Source: Vicinamibacteria bacterium
GTDB taxonomy: Bacteria > Acidobacteriota > Vicinamibacteria > Marinacidobacterales > Marinacidobacteraceae
NCBI GenBank assembly: GCA_965199715.1
Contig: OZ241322.1
Coordinates: forward strand, 224,001 to 288,000
Direction: 5' to 3'
DNA: 64,000 nt
Every line of letters begins with the position of its first letter. Within the stretch, counting starts at the first letter, position 1. Both the position numbers and the translations under genes were made by a program. The notes beneath the pieces are model-generated. The model worked only from the letters and a program-made list of their open reading frames with translations. It had not been told where the DNA came from and made no database searches. Shown here one piece after another: positions 30,398-42,114 of this stretch.

Positions 30398-31258
30398 ATG
30401 TACCCAGCCCCATTCGAGTACCGCCGCGCCGGGACCGTCGCCGAGGCGGTGGAACTGCTGCGCTCGAACCCCGACGCGAAGCTGCTGGCCGGCGGGCACA
30501 GCCTCCTTCCCGCGATGAAGCTGCGGGTCGCCCAACCGGCGACGCTCGTGGATGTCGGGCGGATCGAAGGACTCTCCGGCATCCGGGAGGAAGGCGGCGC
30601 GTTCCGGATCGGGGCGCTGACCTGCCATCGCGACGTCGCGGACTCCGCCGCGCTGCAGGCCGCGTGCCCGATGCTCGCCGAGACCGCGGCCGCAATCGGC
30701 GACGTCCAGGTCCGCAACCGGGGCACGATCGGCGGCAGCCTCGCCCACGCGGACCCGAGCGCGGACTACCCGGCGGCGATGCTCGCGCTCGGCGCCCGGA
30801 TCACCACGTGCGGCCCCGACGGGAGGCGCACCCTCGACGCGGGCGACTTCTTCGTGGATCTCTTCACGACGGCGCTCGGCGAGCACGAGATCCTGACCGG
30901 GGTCGAGGTTCCGCGCGCCGCGGGAGGGGCCTACCTGAAGCATCGGCACCCGGCGTCCAGCTACGCGGTCGTCGGGATCGCGGCTCGGGTCGCGCTGGAT
31001 TCGGACGGCGATGTGGCCGAAGCCGCGATCGGCGTCACCGGGGCGACCGCGAAGCCGACGCTCGCCGCCTCGGCCGCCGCTTCGCTCGTCGGCGGCGCGC
31101 CCGACGAGGCGCGCGTAGCGGCGGCGGCCGCGCTCGTCCCGGAGGCTCTCGGCGAGCCGCTCGGGGACCACTACGCGTCCGGCGGGTTCCGGCTCCACCT
31201 CGCGGAGGTGCACGCCCGCGCCGCGCTGGGGATCGCTGCGGCCCGCGCCGCCGCTTGA
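30398..31258 (+). CDS. Mo-hydroxylase FAD subunit (form II cox-like M)
   Basis: LAGGHSLLPAMK, VRNRGTIGGSLAHADP. Confidence 0.92.
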   Translation: MYPAPFEYRRAGTVAEAVELLRSNPDAKLLAGGHSLLPAMKLRVAQPATLVDVGRIEGLSGIREEGGAFRIGALTCHRDVADSAALQAACPMLAETAAAIGDVQVRNRGTIGGSLAHADPSADYPAAMLALGARITTCGPDGRRTLDAGDFFVDLFTTALGEHEILTGVEVPRAAGGAYLKHRHPASSYAVVGIAARVALDSDGDVAEAAIGVTGATAKPTLAASAAASLVGGAPDEARVAAAAALVPEALGEPLGDHYASGGFRLHLAEVHARAALGIAAARAAA

Positions 31259-32151
31259 GCGCCCGCTTCGGGTCGGTCGAGGAGCTCCGCGAGGCGCTCG
31301 CCCGCCGCCGCTACGTCGCCGGCGTCGAGCTCGCCACTGCGCTGTTCCTGAGCCTACGGTTGGGGCGGCCGCTCTTCCTCGAAGGCGAGGCCGGGGTAGG
31401 GAAGACCGAGCTCGCCAAGGTGACGGCGGAGGTTCTGGGCGCGCCGCTGATCCGGCTCCAGTGCTACGAGGGGCTCGACGTGGCGCAGGCGGCCTACGAG
31501 TGGAACTACACCCGGCAGCTCGTGGGCATCCGCCTGGCCGAGAGCCGGAACGAGGCGGCGCGCGAAGCGGACCTCTTCTCCCGCGAATTCCTGCTCCGGC
31601 GGCCGCTGCTCGAGGCGCTCGAGGGCGAGCCGGGCCGGCCTCCGGTGCTCCTCATCGACGAGGTGGACCGCAGCGACGAGGAGTTCGAGGCGTACCTGCT
31701 GGAAGTGCTCTCGGACTTCCAGATCACGATTCCGGAGATCGGGACGATCCGCGCCGCCGAGCCTCCGGTCGTGGTGCTCACCTCGAATCGCACCCGCGAG
31801 GTGCACGACGCGCTCAAGCGCCGCTGCTTGTACCAGTGGATCCCGTATCCGGACTACGAGCGCGAGCTGGCGATCGTGCGCGAGCGGGTGCCCGAGGCGG
31901 CGGAGACGCTCGCGGCGAGCGCGACCCGATTCGCCCAGGAGCTTCGGGCGCTCGAACTCTTCAAGCGGCCCGGCGTGGCCGAGACGCTCGACTGGATCAC
32001 CGCGCTGGCCGCGCTCGGCCAGACCGCGCTCGACGAGTCGGTGGTGGATCGAACGCTCGGCGCGCTCCTGAAGTACCGGGACGACATCGAGACGGTGCGG
32101 GGCGAGCGCAGCGGCGCGATCCTGTGCCGGATCGCGGCGGAGGTCTCCTGA
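31255..32151 (+). CDS. coxD: CoxD-like MoxR AAA+ ATPase
   Basis: TTG overlapping upstream stop; GEAGVGKT, RLQCYEGLD, LIDEVDR, TSNRTREVHDALKRRC. Confidence 0.88.
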   Translation: MSARFGSVEELREALARRRYVAGVELATALFLSLRLGRPLFLEGEAGVGKTELAKVTAEVLGAPLIRLQCYEGLDVAQAAYEWNYTRQLVGIRLAESRNEAAREADLFSREFLLRRPLLEALEGEPGRPPVLLIDEVDRSDEEFEAYLLEVLSDFQITIPEIGTIRAAEPPVVVLTSNRTREVHDALKRRCLYQWIPYPDYERELAIVRERVPEAAETLAASATRFAQELRALELFKRPGVAETLDWITALAALGQTALDESVVDRTLGALLKYRDDIETVRGERSGAILCRIAAEVS

Positions 32152-33311
32152 GCGCCGAGCTTCCGCCGCTGCTGCGGAACCTCACGCTGTTCGGGCGCCT
32201 CTTGCGGGGCCTCGGCCTCCCGGCGCCCACGTCCCGGATGCTGGATCTCGCCGACGCGCTGACGCTTCTGGACGTGTTCCGGCGCGAGGAATTCCACGCC
32301 GCGGCGCGCTCGCTGCTGGTGCATCGGAAGGAGGACCTCGCGCTCTTCGACGCGGCGTTCGCGCTCTTCTGGGAGACCCCGCCGGAGCGCTGGAGCCGGG
32401 CGCGGCTTCCGGGGACGACCCTGCGCCGCAAGGTGAAGCGGAGCCCGGCGGCGACCTTCCGCCCGATCCAGCCGGGTTCCGAGGATCCCGGGACCGAGGG
32501 TCAGGAGCGCCCGCTGGCGCGGCGGACGTGGAGCGACCGGGAGGCGCTCCAGCGGCGGAACTTCGCCGATCTCGGGGAGGACGAGCTCGCCGAGGTCAAG
32601 GCGCTCATCCGGGACGCGGCGTGGTTCGCTCCCGAGCGCCGGACCGTCCGCCACGGCCCGGGCGGGAACCGGAACTTCGACCTGCGGCGGACGCTGCGGG
32701 CGAGCCTGCGCACCGGCGGCGAATGCGTCCGGCTGGAGCGGCGCCGGCGGCGGCGGAAGCCCCGTCCGATCATCGTCCTCGCCGACGTGAGCGGCTCGAT
32801 GGAGACCTCGGCGCGCATCCTGCTCCACTTCCTCTACGGGCTGTCCCGGGGGTCGCCCGGCAAGGTCGAGGCGTTCGTCTTCGCGACCCGCCTCACCCGG
32901 CTGACGCGCAGCCTGCGCGACCGCCAGGTGGACCGGGCGCTGCGCCGCGCGTCGGAGGCGGTGCGCGACTGGTCGGGCGGCACCCGGATCGGGGAGGCGG
33001 TCCATCGGTTCAATCAGGACTGGGCGCGCCGGGTTCCGTGCTCGTCAGCGGTGGTGGCGATCGTGAGCGACGGGTGGGACCGGGGCGATCCGGACCTGCT
33101 GGCGCGGGAGATGCGCCGGCTGCGGGGACTCTCGTGGCGGCTGATCTGGCTGAATCCACTGCTCGGCGATTCCGGTTACGAGCCGCTGGCCCGGGGGATG
33201 CGCGCGGCGCTGCCGCACGTGGACGATTTCATGCCGATCCATGACCTTGCGAGCGTGCATGCGCTCGGGGAACACTTCCGGGCGCTGGGACGCCCTAAAT
33301 TCCGGCCGTGA
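32148..33311 (+). CDS. coxE: CoxE-like VWA protein
   Basis: DVSGSM, FATRLTRLT, DWSGGTRIG, SDGWDRG, WLNPL; start approximate (CTG overlapping the stop). Confidence 0.86.
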   Translation: MSAELPPLLRNLTLFGRLLRGLGLPAPTSRMLDLADALTLLDVFRREEFHAAARSLLVHRKEDLALFDAAFALFWETPPERWSRARLPGTTLRRKVKRSPAATFRPIQPGSEDPGTEGQERPLARRTWSDREALQRRNFADLGEDELAEVKALIRDAAWFAPERRTVRHGPGGNRNFDLRRTLRASLRTGGECVRLERRRRRRKPRPIIVLADVSGSMETSARILLHFLYGLSRGSPGKVEAFVFATRLTRLTRSLRDRQVDRALRRASEAVRDWSGGTRIGEAVHRFNQDWARRVPCSSAVVAIVSDGWDRGDPDLLAREMRRLRGLSWRLIWLNPLLGDSGYEPLARGMRAALPHVDDFMPIHDLASVHALGEHFRALGRPKFRP

Positions 33312-34284
33312 GGGACGTCGCTCCGGTCCTGCGGGACTGGCTGGAAACGCGTGGGCCGCTCGCGCTCGCGACCGTGGTCGGGACGTGGGGGTCGTCCCCG
33401 AGGCGGCCCGGCGCCCGCATGGTCGTGGACGCGGCGGGGCGCATCACCGGATCGGTCAGCGGCGGCTGCGTCGAGGCGAGCGTCGTGGAGATCGCGCGCG
33501 AAGTCATGGCGAGCGGCGTCCCGAAGCTCGTCGGCTTCCGGGTGACGGACGAGTCGGCGTGGGAGGTCGGCCTCGCCTGCGGCGGGGCGCTCGAGGTGCT
33601 GGTCGCGGTTCCCGATCCCGAGCAGGTCGAGGCGGCGCTTCGGGCGCTCGAAGTGCGGTCGCCGGTCGCGTGGGCGGTCGATCTCGGCGGGAGCGGGGCG
33701 GCGGTGCGGACCGCCGACGGGACCGTGGTCGGCGATCCGGGGCTCGGCTCCGCCGCCGGGCCGGTCCTCGCCGCGGGGCGGCCCGAGCGGCTCGAGGGCG
33801 TCTTCTGCGACGTGATCCTCCCCGAGGAGACGCTCGTGATGGTCGGCGGGGTCCACATCGCGCAGACGCTCTCGATCCTCGCGCCCGCCGTCGGCATTCG
33901 CCCGGTGGTCTGCGATCCGCGTCCGGTCTTCGCGTCGAGCGAGCGGTTCCCCGGAGTCGAGATCGTGAGCGACTGGCCGCGAGAGGGCCTCGCGCGCATC
34001 GGGCTCGACGAGGGCGCCGCCGTCGCCACCCTGACCCACGACCCCAAGCTGGACGACCCGGCGCTGCTGGCCGCGTTGCCGAGCGCGGCGTTCTACGTGG
34101 GAGCGCTCGGCAGCCGGCGGACGCACGCCCGGCGCGTCGCCCGCCTTCGCGAGAAGGGCCTCGCCGAGGAATCGCTCGGGCGCCTGCGCGCCCCCATCGG
34201 TCTTCCCATCGGCGCGCGGACGCCCGAGCAGATCGCGCTCGCCGTGCTCGCCGAGGTGGTGGCGGCGCGCAACGAAGCCGGGAC

Positions 34285-34288
<4 letters not shown>
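33308..34288 (+). CDS. XdhC/CoxI family Mo-cofactor maturation factor
   Basis: TWGSSPRRPG, GSVSGGCVE, GLACGG, THDPKLDDPAL, PIGLPIGARTPEQIAL. Confidence 0.9.
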
Positions 34289-34967
<679 letters not shown>

Positions 34968-34971
<4 letters not shown>

Positions 34972-37355
34972 TCCGGGCGCTGCTCCTGCGGACGCCGGCC
35001 CGCTTCCGGGTGGCCCCGGCGCTGTCGCTGCTGTCCGTCGTCGCGATCGCGCTCGGGGTCGGGGCCGTGCTCGCCGTCGATCTCCTGAACCGGGCGGCCA
35101 TTCAGACGCTCGACGCCAGCCTCGAGGCGGTGTCGGGAACGACCGATCTCGTGGTGCGCAGCGTCCGGGAGCCGCCGGCGCGCCTGCCCGACGAGGCGTG
35201 GCCACTCGCGCTTGGCGTTCCCGGCTTGCGGCGGGTCTCGCCGGTGGTGCGGATTCCGGGAGCGTCGGTGGACGGCGCGCCCCTGACGGTGCTGGGCGTG
35301 GACGCGTTATCCGGTTCGTTCGGGAGCCTGGCCGGCGGCGTCGCGGAGGAAGCGGAGTTCCGCGCCGGCGGGAGCACGCTCCGGCTGCCGCTCCTCGGGA
35401 CCGACGGGGGCGCCGCGTTCGTGGATCTGGCGGACGCGCAGGAGCTGCGCGGCGAGCCGGGGATCGACCGGCTGGAGGTGGAGCTTCCGGCGGGGGCCGA
35501 TCCCGACGAGCTCGCCCGTCGGATCGAGGCCGCGGTCCCCGGGTCCGAAGCCGCGACCGGCGGGACGCTCCGGCGGCAGGGGGCCGACCTGTTCGCCGCG
35601 TTCCGGATGAACCTGAGGGCGCTCGCCGCGGTCAGCCTGCTCGTGGCGGCGTTCCTCATCTACGCGAGCGCCCGGGCCGGGCTTCAGGCGCGGCGGCGGG
35701 AGCTCGGCCTCTACCGGGCGCTCGGGGCGCCGGCGACCGGCGTGGGCGGCCTGCTGATCGGGGAGGCGGCGGTGACCGCGGCGCTGGGGGCGTTGATCGG
35801 GATTCCGCTCGCGGCGCTCGGCGCGTTCGCCGCGCTCGACGGGGTCAGCCGCACGCTCACGAACTTCTATCTGCTGGAGCGGGTCGAGTCCGTCGCCTTG
35901 CGCCCCGAGGGCGTCCTGGTGGCGTTCGCGGCGGGGCTCGCGGCGGCGCTCGTCGGAGCGCTCCCGGAAATCTGGATCGAGGCCCGGCGGCCGCCGGCGC
36001 GCCTCCTGCTCCCCGGGCGCGAGACCGCGAGCGGCCGGAGGCGCTCGTGGTCCGGGTTCGCCGGACTCGCGCTCGCCTTGTTCGCGGTCCACGCCGCGGT
36101 CGATCCCGACGGATTCGCGGCCCGGCCGGGCGGCGGATTCGTCGCCGCCGGGGCGCTTCTCGCCGGAGCGGCGATGCTGACCGGGGCGGCGCTGCGCCTC
36201 GGCGGGCGGATCTCGGCCGACCGCCGCAACCCGCTGGTTCGGGGCATGGCGGCGGCGCTGCGCGAGCCGTCGAGCTCCGCGCCGCCGGCGGCCGCGCTCG
36301 TGGTCGCGGTCGCGATGCTCACCGGCGTGACCGCCCTGGTCGCGAGCTTCCGGGACACGCTGGACGCCTGGCTGCTCCAGACGCTGACCGCCGACCTCTA
36401 CGTGTCGGCGTCCGGGGACGCCCGCGGCGCGAGGCGGGAACTGCCGCCCGAGGCGTTGGCGGCGGTCGAAGGCGAGGACTTCCGGGCGGTGGACGTCCTG
36501 CGGGCGCTGCGGGTGCGCGTCCGGGGAACCCCCGTGAACGTGTTCGGAGTCACCGCCGCGCTCTCGGGCGACCGGTTCGCGATCGTGGGCGACCGGGAGG
36601 CGGCGCTGCGCGGCTTCCGGGAAGGCGGGATCCTGGTCTCCGAGCCGCTCGCGCTTCGCGAGGGCCTCGGCCCCGGGGACCGCTTCGCGCTTCCCGGCGA
36701 GGAGGCGCTCGAAGTCGCCGGGGTCCATCGGGAGTACGGCAACGAGTTCGGGGCGCTGTTCATGGACCGGAAGCGGCTGGCCGAGCTCTATCCCGACGGA
36801 GCCGAGGCGGCGCACGGGGTCGCGCTCTACTTGCGGGACGGCGCCGATTCCCGCGAGGCGGCGGTGCGGCTGGAACGCCGGTTCGAGGGCCGCGCCGTCG
36901 TCGTGGAGAACGGCGCGCTGCGGACGCGGGCGCTCGAGGTGTTCGACCAGACGATGTCGGTGACCGGGCTGCTTCGGGCGATCGCGCTGTTCATCGCCGC
37001 GGTCGGGCTCGGTCTTTCGCTCTTCGCCGTGGCGCGGGAGCGGGCGCCGCAGATCGCGCTCGAGCGGGCGCTCGGGGCGACCCGGCGGCAGGTCGCGCTC
37101 GCCATGGTCGGGCGGGGAGTCCTGATCTCGCTGGTCGGGCTCGCGCTCGGCGGCGGGGCGGGGGCGCTGCTCACGCTGCTGCTGGTCGAGGTCGTGAATC
37201 CGGCGTGGTTCGGCTGGCGGCTCAGCCTGCACTGGCCGGTCGGACTATTGGTTCTCCAGGCGGCGCTCGTGCTCGGGACCGGACTTCTCGCCGCGGCGAT
37301 TCCGGGCCGGGCCGCCGCGCGAACCGGGGCGGTCGCGCTGCGAAGCGAGCTGTGA
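34968..37355 (+). CDS. ABC transporter permease, double FtsX (AttFG-like)
   Basis: IALGVGAVLAVDLLN, RRRELGLYRALGA, EVFDQTMSVT, VNPAWFGW. Confidence 0.85.
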
Positions 37356-38437
37356 GCGCGCTGCTGCTCGCGCTGGCGCTCTCGTGGACGCCGGCGTCCC
37401 GCGACTTCATCTGGGAATTTCCCCGGGACCATGGGCCGCACGACGGCTACCGCACCGAGTGGTGGTACTTCGTCGGCTTCCTCGAGGACGACCTCGCGTT
37501 TCAGTTCACCCTGTTCCGCAGCGGCCTCACCCTCGCGCCGGCGGACGCGGAGGTCTCGCCGTGGGAGGCGCGGCACGCGCTCATGGGGCACGCGGTTCTC
37601 GCGAACCTGCGGACGGGCGAGCGGGCGTTCTCGCAGACCGCCCACCGGGAGGCGCCCGGCCTCGGCCGCGCCGGCGACCCGCCCGAAATCCTCTGGATGC
37701 GCGGTCCGCCGGGAACCGGGGAGGCCTGGCGGCTCGCCTTCGAGGACGGCGCGTTCCGGGTCCGGGCGGCGGACGCGAGCCGGGGGCTGCGCTTCGATCT
37801 GGAGGTCCGTCCCACGCTCCCGCCGGTCTTCTGGGGCGACGGGGGCTATTCGGAAAAATCCGAGGGCGGCGGGGCGAGCCAGTACTACAGCTTCACCCGC
37901 ATGGAAGTCGAGGGAACCGCCGGATCCCGGCCGGTGCGGGGGACCGCCTGGATGGATCGGGAGTTCGGCTCCGACTGGCTCGCGCCCGACCAGGTCGGCT
38001 GGGACTGGTTCGCGCTGAATCTCGACGACGGGCGCGACCTGATGCTCTACGACATGCGCGGGGAGGGCGGGGCGGTCGTCCATTCCGTGGGCACGCTGCG
38101 GCTCCCCGACGGAACCAAGCGGATCGTGGACATCGACGCGCGGCCGACGCGGTTCTTCGTCCCCGACGACGGGGCCGTGCGGTATCCGGTCGGTTGGCGG
38201 CTCGTCGGCGGGGGGCTGGACCTCGCGATTCAGCCGGTCCTCCTCGAGCAGGAGAACCGCAAGGAGCGGGGCGCGCCGGGGCCGGACATTCCGTACTGGG
38301 AAGGGGCCGTGCGAGTGGAGATCGACGGTCGGAACGCGGGGCGCGGGTTCGTGGAACTGGCCGGATATCGGACTCCGATGAACCTGCTACTCTCAGCCGG
38401 CCGGCCCGAACCGGCGGAAATCGAGGAGAACGGCAAG
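37352..38437 (+). CDS. AttH/CrtC-like lipocalin-fold protein; no stop before the next domain
   Basis: FPRDHGPHDGYRTEWWY, SQYYSFTR, AWMDREF, GWDWFAL, YWEGAV, GFVELAGY. Confidence 0.85.
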
Positions 38438-39208
38438 ATGATGGAACCGCTGCAGTTCCTCTTCCGGTGGCTTCACGTCTTCGTGGGGATCATCTGGATC
38501 GGACACCTGTACTTCTTCAACTTCGTGAACGGCCCGATGACGGCGCAGCTTGACGCCGCCACCAAGCGCAAGGTCGTTCCCGAGCTGATGCCGCGGGCGC
38601 TCTACTGGTTCCGCTGGGGCGCCGCGTGGACGTGGATCACCGGCGTGCTTCTGCTCCTCCTCCTCTTCTACCACGGCGGCCTGACCGATCTCGGCGGCAT
38701 GGGCGCGCTCGCCATGGTGGCGGTCACGTTCCTCGCGGTGTTCGTCTATGACGCGCTGTGGAGCAGCGGCCTCAAGTCGAACGTCCGCGCCGCGACGATC
38801 GTGTCGTTCCTGCTGCTTTCGGCGACCGTCTGGGCGTTCGTGAACGTCGGCGGCTTCGACCCCCGCTCGGTGCTCATCCACACCGGAGCCATGTTCGGCA
38901 CGATGATGGCCTTCAACGTCTGGTTCCGGATCTGGCCGGCCCAGAAGCGGATCATCGCCGCGGTGAAGGGCGGCGAGGCTCCGGCCGCCGCCGACCCGGC
39001 GCTCGCGGGCCTGCGGTCGAAGCACAACACCTACATGTCGCTTCCGCTGCTCTGGGCGATGGCCAACGAGCACGCGACCCCGTTCTTCGGCGGCAACCTC
39101 GGCATCCCGTCCGACCTTTACTGGGTGGCTTGGCTCGCGATCGTGGCGATCGCGTGGCACGTCATCTTCCAGTGCTATCGGATCGCGGGCCGCGTGAAGG
39201 GAATGTAG
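38438..39208 (+). CDS. urate hydroxylase PuuD-like membrane protein (no cytochrome c domain), in frame with AttH
   Basis: RWLHVFVGIIWIGHLYFFN, FRWGAAWTWITG, GTMMAFNVWFRIWPAQK, RSKHNTY; own RBS GAGGAG at 38423. Confidence 0.82.
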   Translation: MMEPLQFLFRWLHVFVGIIWIGHLYFFNFVNGPMTAQLDAATKRKVVPELMPRALYWFRWGAAWTWITGVLLLLLLFYHGGLTDLGGMGALAMVAVTFLAVFVYDALWSSGLKSNVRAATIVSFLLLSATVWAFVNVGGFDPRSVLIHTGAMFGTMMAFNVWFRIWPAQKRIIAAVKGGEAPAAADPALAGLRSKHNTYMSLPLLWAMANEHATPFFGGNLGIPSDLYWVAWLAIVAIAWHVIFQCYRIAGRVKGM

Positions 39209-40637
39209 GCAGCGAGCCTCCCACGGCGATCGCCGCGTTCAGGAGTGCGCCGAGCAACCCGGCGTGCACTCCGCCCACCTTGTCGTAGCCGGCGAGCGTG
39301 AGGCCGGCCGCGAGCGCGGTTCCGGCGACGATCCCGACGAGGACCGCCCGTGGCGACGTCCGCGACCACGCGAGCCCGAGGACGAAGGCGGGGGCCGCCT
39401 GCACCAGCAACTCCATCTTGAGCTCCAGCAGGCCCCAGAGGCTGATGCGCGGCGTGAGCGCGACCGCGACGAGCGCCCCCATGACGAGGAGCGAGAAGAG
39501 CTTCCCGACCCGGGTCAGGCTCTCCTCGCCGATCTTCCGCCCCGACCGCCGCAGCGCCGGCCCGGCCACGTCCTTCGCGAGCATGGACGACAGCGTCAGC
39601 AGCACCGAGTCGGCGGTGGACATGATCGCCGCAACGACCCCGACGACCGTCAGGATGCTCATGACGAACATCGCTGGCGACCCGGCGGACCAGTCGCGCA
39701 GCAGCGCCGGGAGCACCTGATCGGCGGCGACTCCCGAGAGCCCGGAAAGGCGGGGCAGCGCGAGGATTCCGACGAGGAAGACGGGGAGCGTGGTGAGGAA
39801 CGGCAGGAAGGCGAGGACCGCGATCGCGTGGCGCAGGGACCGGGTGCTGCGGGCGGCGAAGATGCGCTGGATGGCCTGCGGGTACACCGCACCGGAGAAG
39901 CCGATCAGGAGCACGGTGCTGGCCCACGTCGTCAGGGTCGCGGCGTCGGGCGCGAGCGCCTTCTCCGGCTGGTTCGCGAGGATCCAGCGGGTGGTGTCGC
40001 CGAGCGTCTCGCCGGAAAACGCCGCCGCCGCGAGGAGCCCGAAGAGGCCGATCGCGAGCAACCCGCCCTGGAGGCAGTCGGTCCACGCGACGGCGCGCAG
40101 GCCGCCGAGCAGCTCGTAGCCGAGGATCGCGCCGGCGAGGACGAGCACGCCCGCCGCGAAGGGGATCGCTCCGCCCGACAGCCCGTTCACGACGTGGCCC
40201 ATCGCCAGGAGCTGGGCCAACAGGTAGTTCAGGATGGCCGCCGCCATGAGCAGGTTGGCGATTCCGGTCAGCGCCGGCGAGTCGTAGCGGTAGTCCAGCC
40301 AGTCCGCCGGGGTGACGAAGCCGCGCGCCTCGGAGGCGGCCCGAAGCCGCGGCGCGATGACCAGATAGACCACCACGATCGCCATCATGAACCCGACGCT
40401 CATCACCCACGGGAAGCCGATGCGGTAGGCCTCGCCCGGGTATCCCACGAGCGTGTTGCCGCTGTACTGGGTGGCGTAGAGCGTGAACAGCAGCACGACC
40501 GGGCCGAGGTTGCGCCCGGCGAGGTAGAAGTCCCCGAGCGACTCCGCGCGCCGGGCGCGTCGGGCGCGGATCCCGAGTCCGGCGAGGACGCAGACGTAGG
40601 CGGCGAGCGCGGCGACGACCGCCGACGCGAAGCTCAC
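39162..40637 (-). CDS. sodium:solute symporter (PanF/PutP-like)
   Basis: GTG 40637; FYLAGRNLG, YATQYSGNT, GGLRAVAWTD, AAIMSTADS. Confidence 0.9.
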   Translation of the reverse strand: MSFASAVVAALAAYVCVLAGLGIRARRARRAESLGDFYLAGRNLGPVVLLFTLYATQYSGNTLVGYPGEAYRIGFPWVMSVGFMMAIVVVYLVIAPRLRAASEARGFVTPADWLDYRYDSPALTGIANLLMAAAILNYLLAQLLAMGHVVNGLSGGAIPFAAGVLVLAGAILGYELLGGLRAVAWTDCLQGGLLAIGLFGLLAAAAFSGETLGDTTRWILANQPEKALAPDAATLTTWASTVLLIGFSGAVYPQAIQRIFAARSTRSLRHAIAVLAFLPFLTTLPVFLVGILALPRLSGLSGVAADQVLPALLRDWSAGSPAMFVMSILTVVGVVAAIMSTADSVLLTLSSMLAKDVAGPALRRSGRKIGEESLTRVGKLFSLLVMGALVAVALTPRISLWGLLELKMELLVQAAPAFVLGLAWSRTSPRAVLVGIVAGTALAAGLTLAGYDKVGGVHAGLLGALLNAAIAVGGSLPTFPSRGPRSDSTGR

Positions 40638-40843
40638 CGGTCCTTCCAGTGGCGCGTCGCCGAGAAGGCGACGAGCCCGGCCGCCGCGAGCGTGCAGGCG
40701 AGCGAGACGAGCGCCCACGAGGGCGTCCCGAGCCAGATCGAGGGAACGCCCCCGGGCGCCCACCAGGGGATCGAGGCGGCGTAGAGCGCGACGATGAGCA
40801 CGAGCGCCCACGGGCGGTCGAGCGGTTCCCGCGGACGGGCCAT
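40634..40843 (-). CDS. small two-TM symporter accessory protein
   Basis: ATG 40843; IPWW...WLGTPSWALVS; stop overlaps the symporter start (GTGA). Confidence 0.75.
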   Translation of the reverse strand: MARPREPLDRPWALVLIVALYAASIPWWAPGGVPSIWLGTPSWALVSLACTLAAAGLVAFSATRHWKDR

Positions 40844-40883
40844 GGCCCTGACTCTACGCGGTCTGTGGGACGATGGGCGGACC

Positions 40884-42095
40884 ATGACGCTTCGCCTCCT
40901 CCTCGCGTTTCTCCTTCCGGCCGCGCCGGCGTCGGCGCAAGAGGCCGAACTCGCCATCGTCGGCGGATCCGTGCTCGACGTGGTCTCGGGCGAAATGCGG
41001 GAAGCGAACGTTCTCGTGGGCGGCGGGCGCATCCTCGCGATCGGGTCCGACCCGGCTCCGGCGGGGGCCGAGGTCGTGGACGCCTCGGGCAAGTTCGTCA
41101 TGCCCGGCTTCCTCGACGCCCACACCCACGCCGACACGCTCTCCCAGGTCCGCCGCGCGCTCGAAAGCGGGGTGACGACGATGCGCAGCGCGAGCGTGGG
41201 GTCCTATCGGGACGTGGCCATCGGCCGGATGGTGCAAGCGGGCCACCTCCCCGGGCCCGACTACCTCGGGGCCGGGGTCTTCGTGACCCCGCAGATCGGC
41301 GAGTCGCGGCTCGCGTCGGAGAGCCTCTACGGAATCTCGGGGGACATCCAGTCCGAGGAGGAGCTGCGTCTCCTCGTCCGGGTGAACGCCGAGAACGGCG
41401 TCCGGGCGATCAAGGTCCGGGCGACCGAACGCGCCGGGCTCCCCGACACCGATCCGAGGAAGCAGACCTACACCGAGGCCCAGTTGCGGGCGGTGGTCGA
41501 GGAGGCGGCCCGGCTCGGGGTCCCGGTGCTCTGCCACGCGCACGGCGACGAGGGCGCCCGCGCCGCGGTGCGGGCCGGGGTCGCGAGCATCGAGCACGGG
41601 ACGTTCCTGACCCGGGAGACGCTGGATCTCATGGCCGAGCGGGGGACGGCGCTGGTCCCGACGTACACGACGCTCATCGACCTCGCCGAACCGGGCGGCG
41701 ACTACGACCACCCGGTGCTGGCGATCCGCGCCGACTTCATGGTGCCGCGGATGGAGCGGGTGATCCGGACGGCGCACGCGGCCGGCGTGCGGGTGATCGC
41801 GGGCAGCGACACCCACTACGACCCGGAGAGCGTGAGCCGGATCGGCGCCGAGGTCGCCGCGTTCGCGAGGCTCGGGATTCCGCCGGCCGAAGCGATCCGG
41901 GGCGCGACGATCCACACGGCGGAACTGCTCGGGATCGCCGACGACACTGGATCGCTGGAGGTCGGCAAGGAGGCGGACATCATCCTGCTGGCCGAGAACC
42001 CGCTCGAGGACATGTCCGCGATCCAGGACGTGATCGCGGTCGTGAGCAACGGGGCGCTCGCCGTGAACCGCCTCCCGTTCGTCCGGTCCGAGTGA
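40884..42095 (+). CDS. secreted metal-dependent amidohydrolase
   Basis: Signal peptide; [33 protein letters not shown]. Confidence 0.9.
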   Translation: MTLRLLLAFLLPAAPASAQEAELAIVGGSVLDVVSGEMREANVLVGGGRILAIGSDPAPAGAEVVDASGKFVMPGFLDAHTHADTLSQVRRALESGVTTMRSASVGSYRDVAIGRMVQAGHLPGPDYLGAGVFVTPQIGESRLASESLYGISGDIQSEEELRLLVRVNAENGVRAIKVRATERAGLPDTDPRKQTYTEAQLRAVVEEAARLGVPVLCHAHGDEGARAAVRAGVASIEHGTFLTRETLDLMAERGTALVPTYTTLIDLAEPGGDYDHPVLAIRADFMVPRMERVIRTAHAAGVRVIAGSDTHYDPESVSRIGAEVAAFARLGIPPAEAIRGATIHTAELLGIADDTGSLEVGKEADIILLAENPLEDMSAIQDVIAVVSNGALAVNRLPFVRSE

Positions 42096-42114
42096 CGGCG
42101 TAGAATTCCGGGAG

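Noticed and set aside
27995-31213. 1072-aa minus-strand ORF
   Set aside because: Antisense shadow of the Mo-hydroxylase L and M genes; no motifs.
35198-37351. N-terminal part of the 1336-aa ORF
   Set aside because: Alternate frame over the permease gene; protein-like sequence begins only at GTG 37352.
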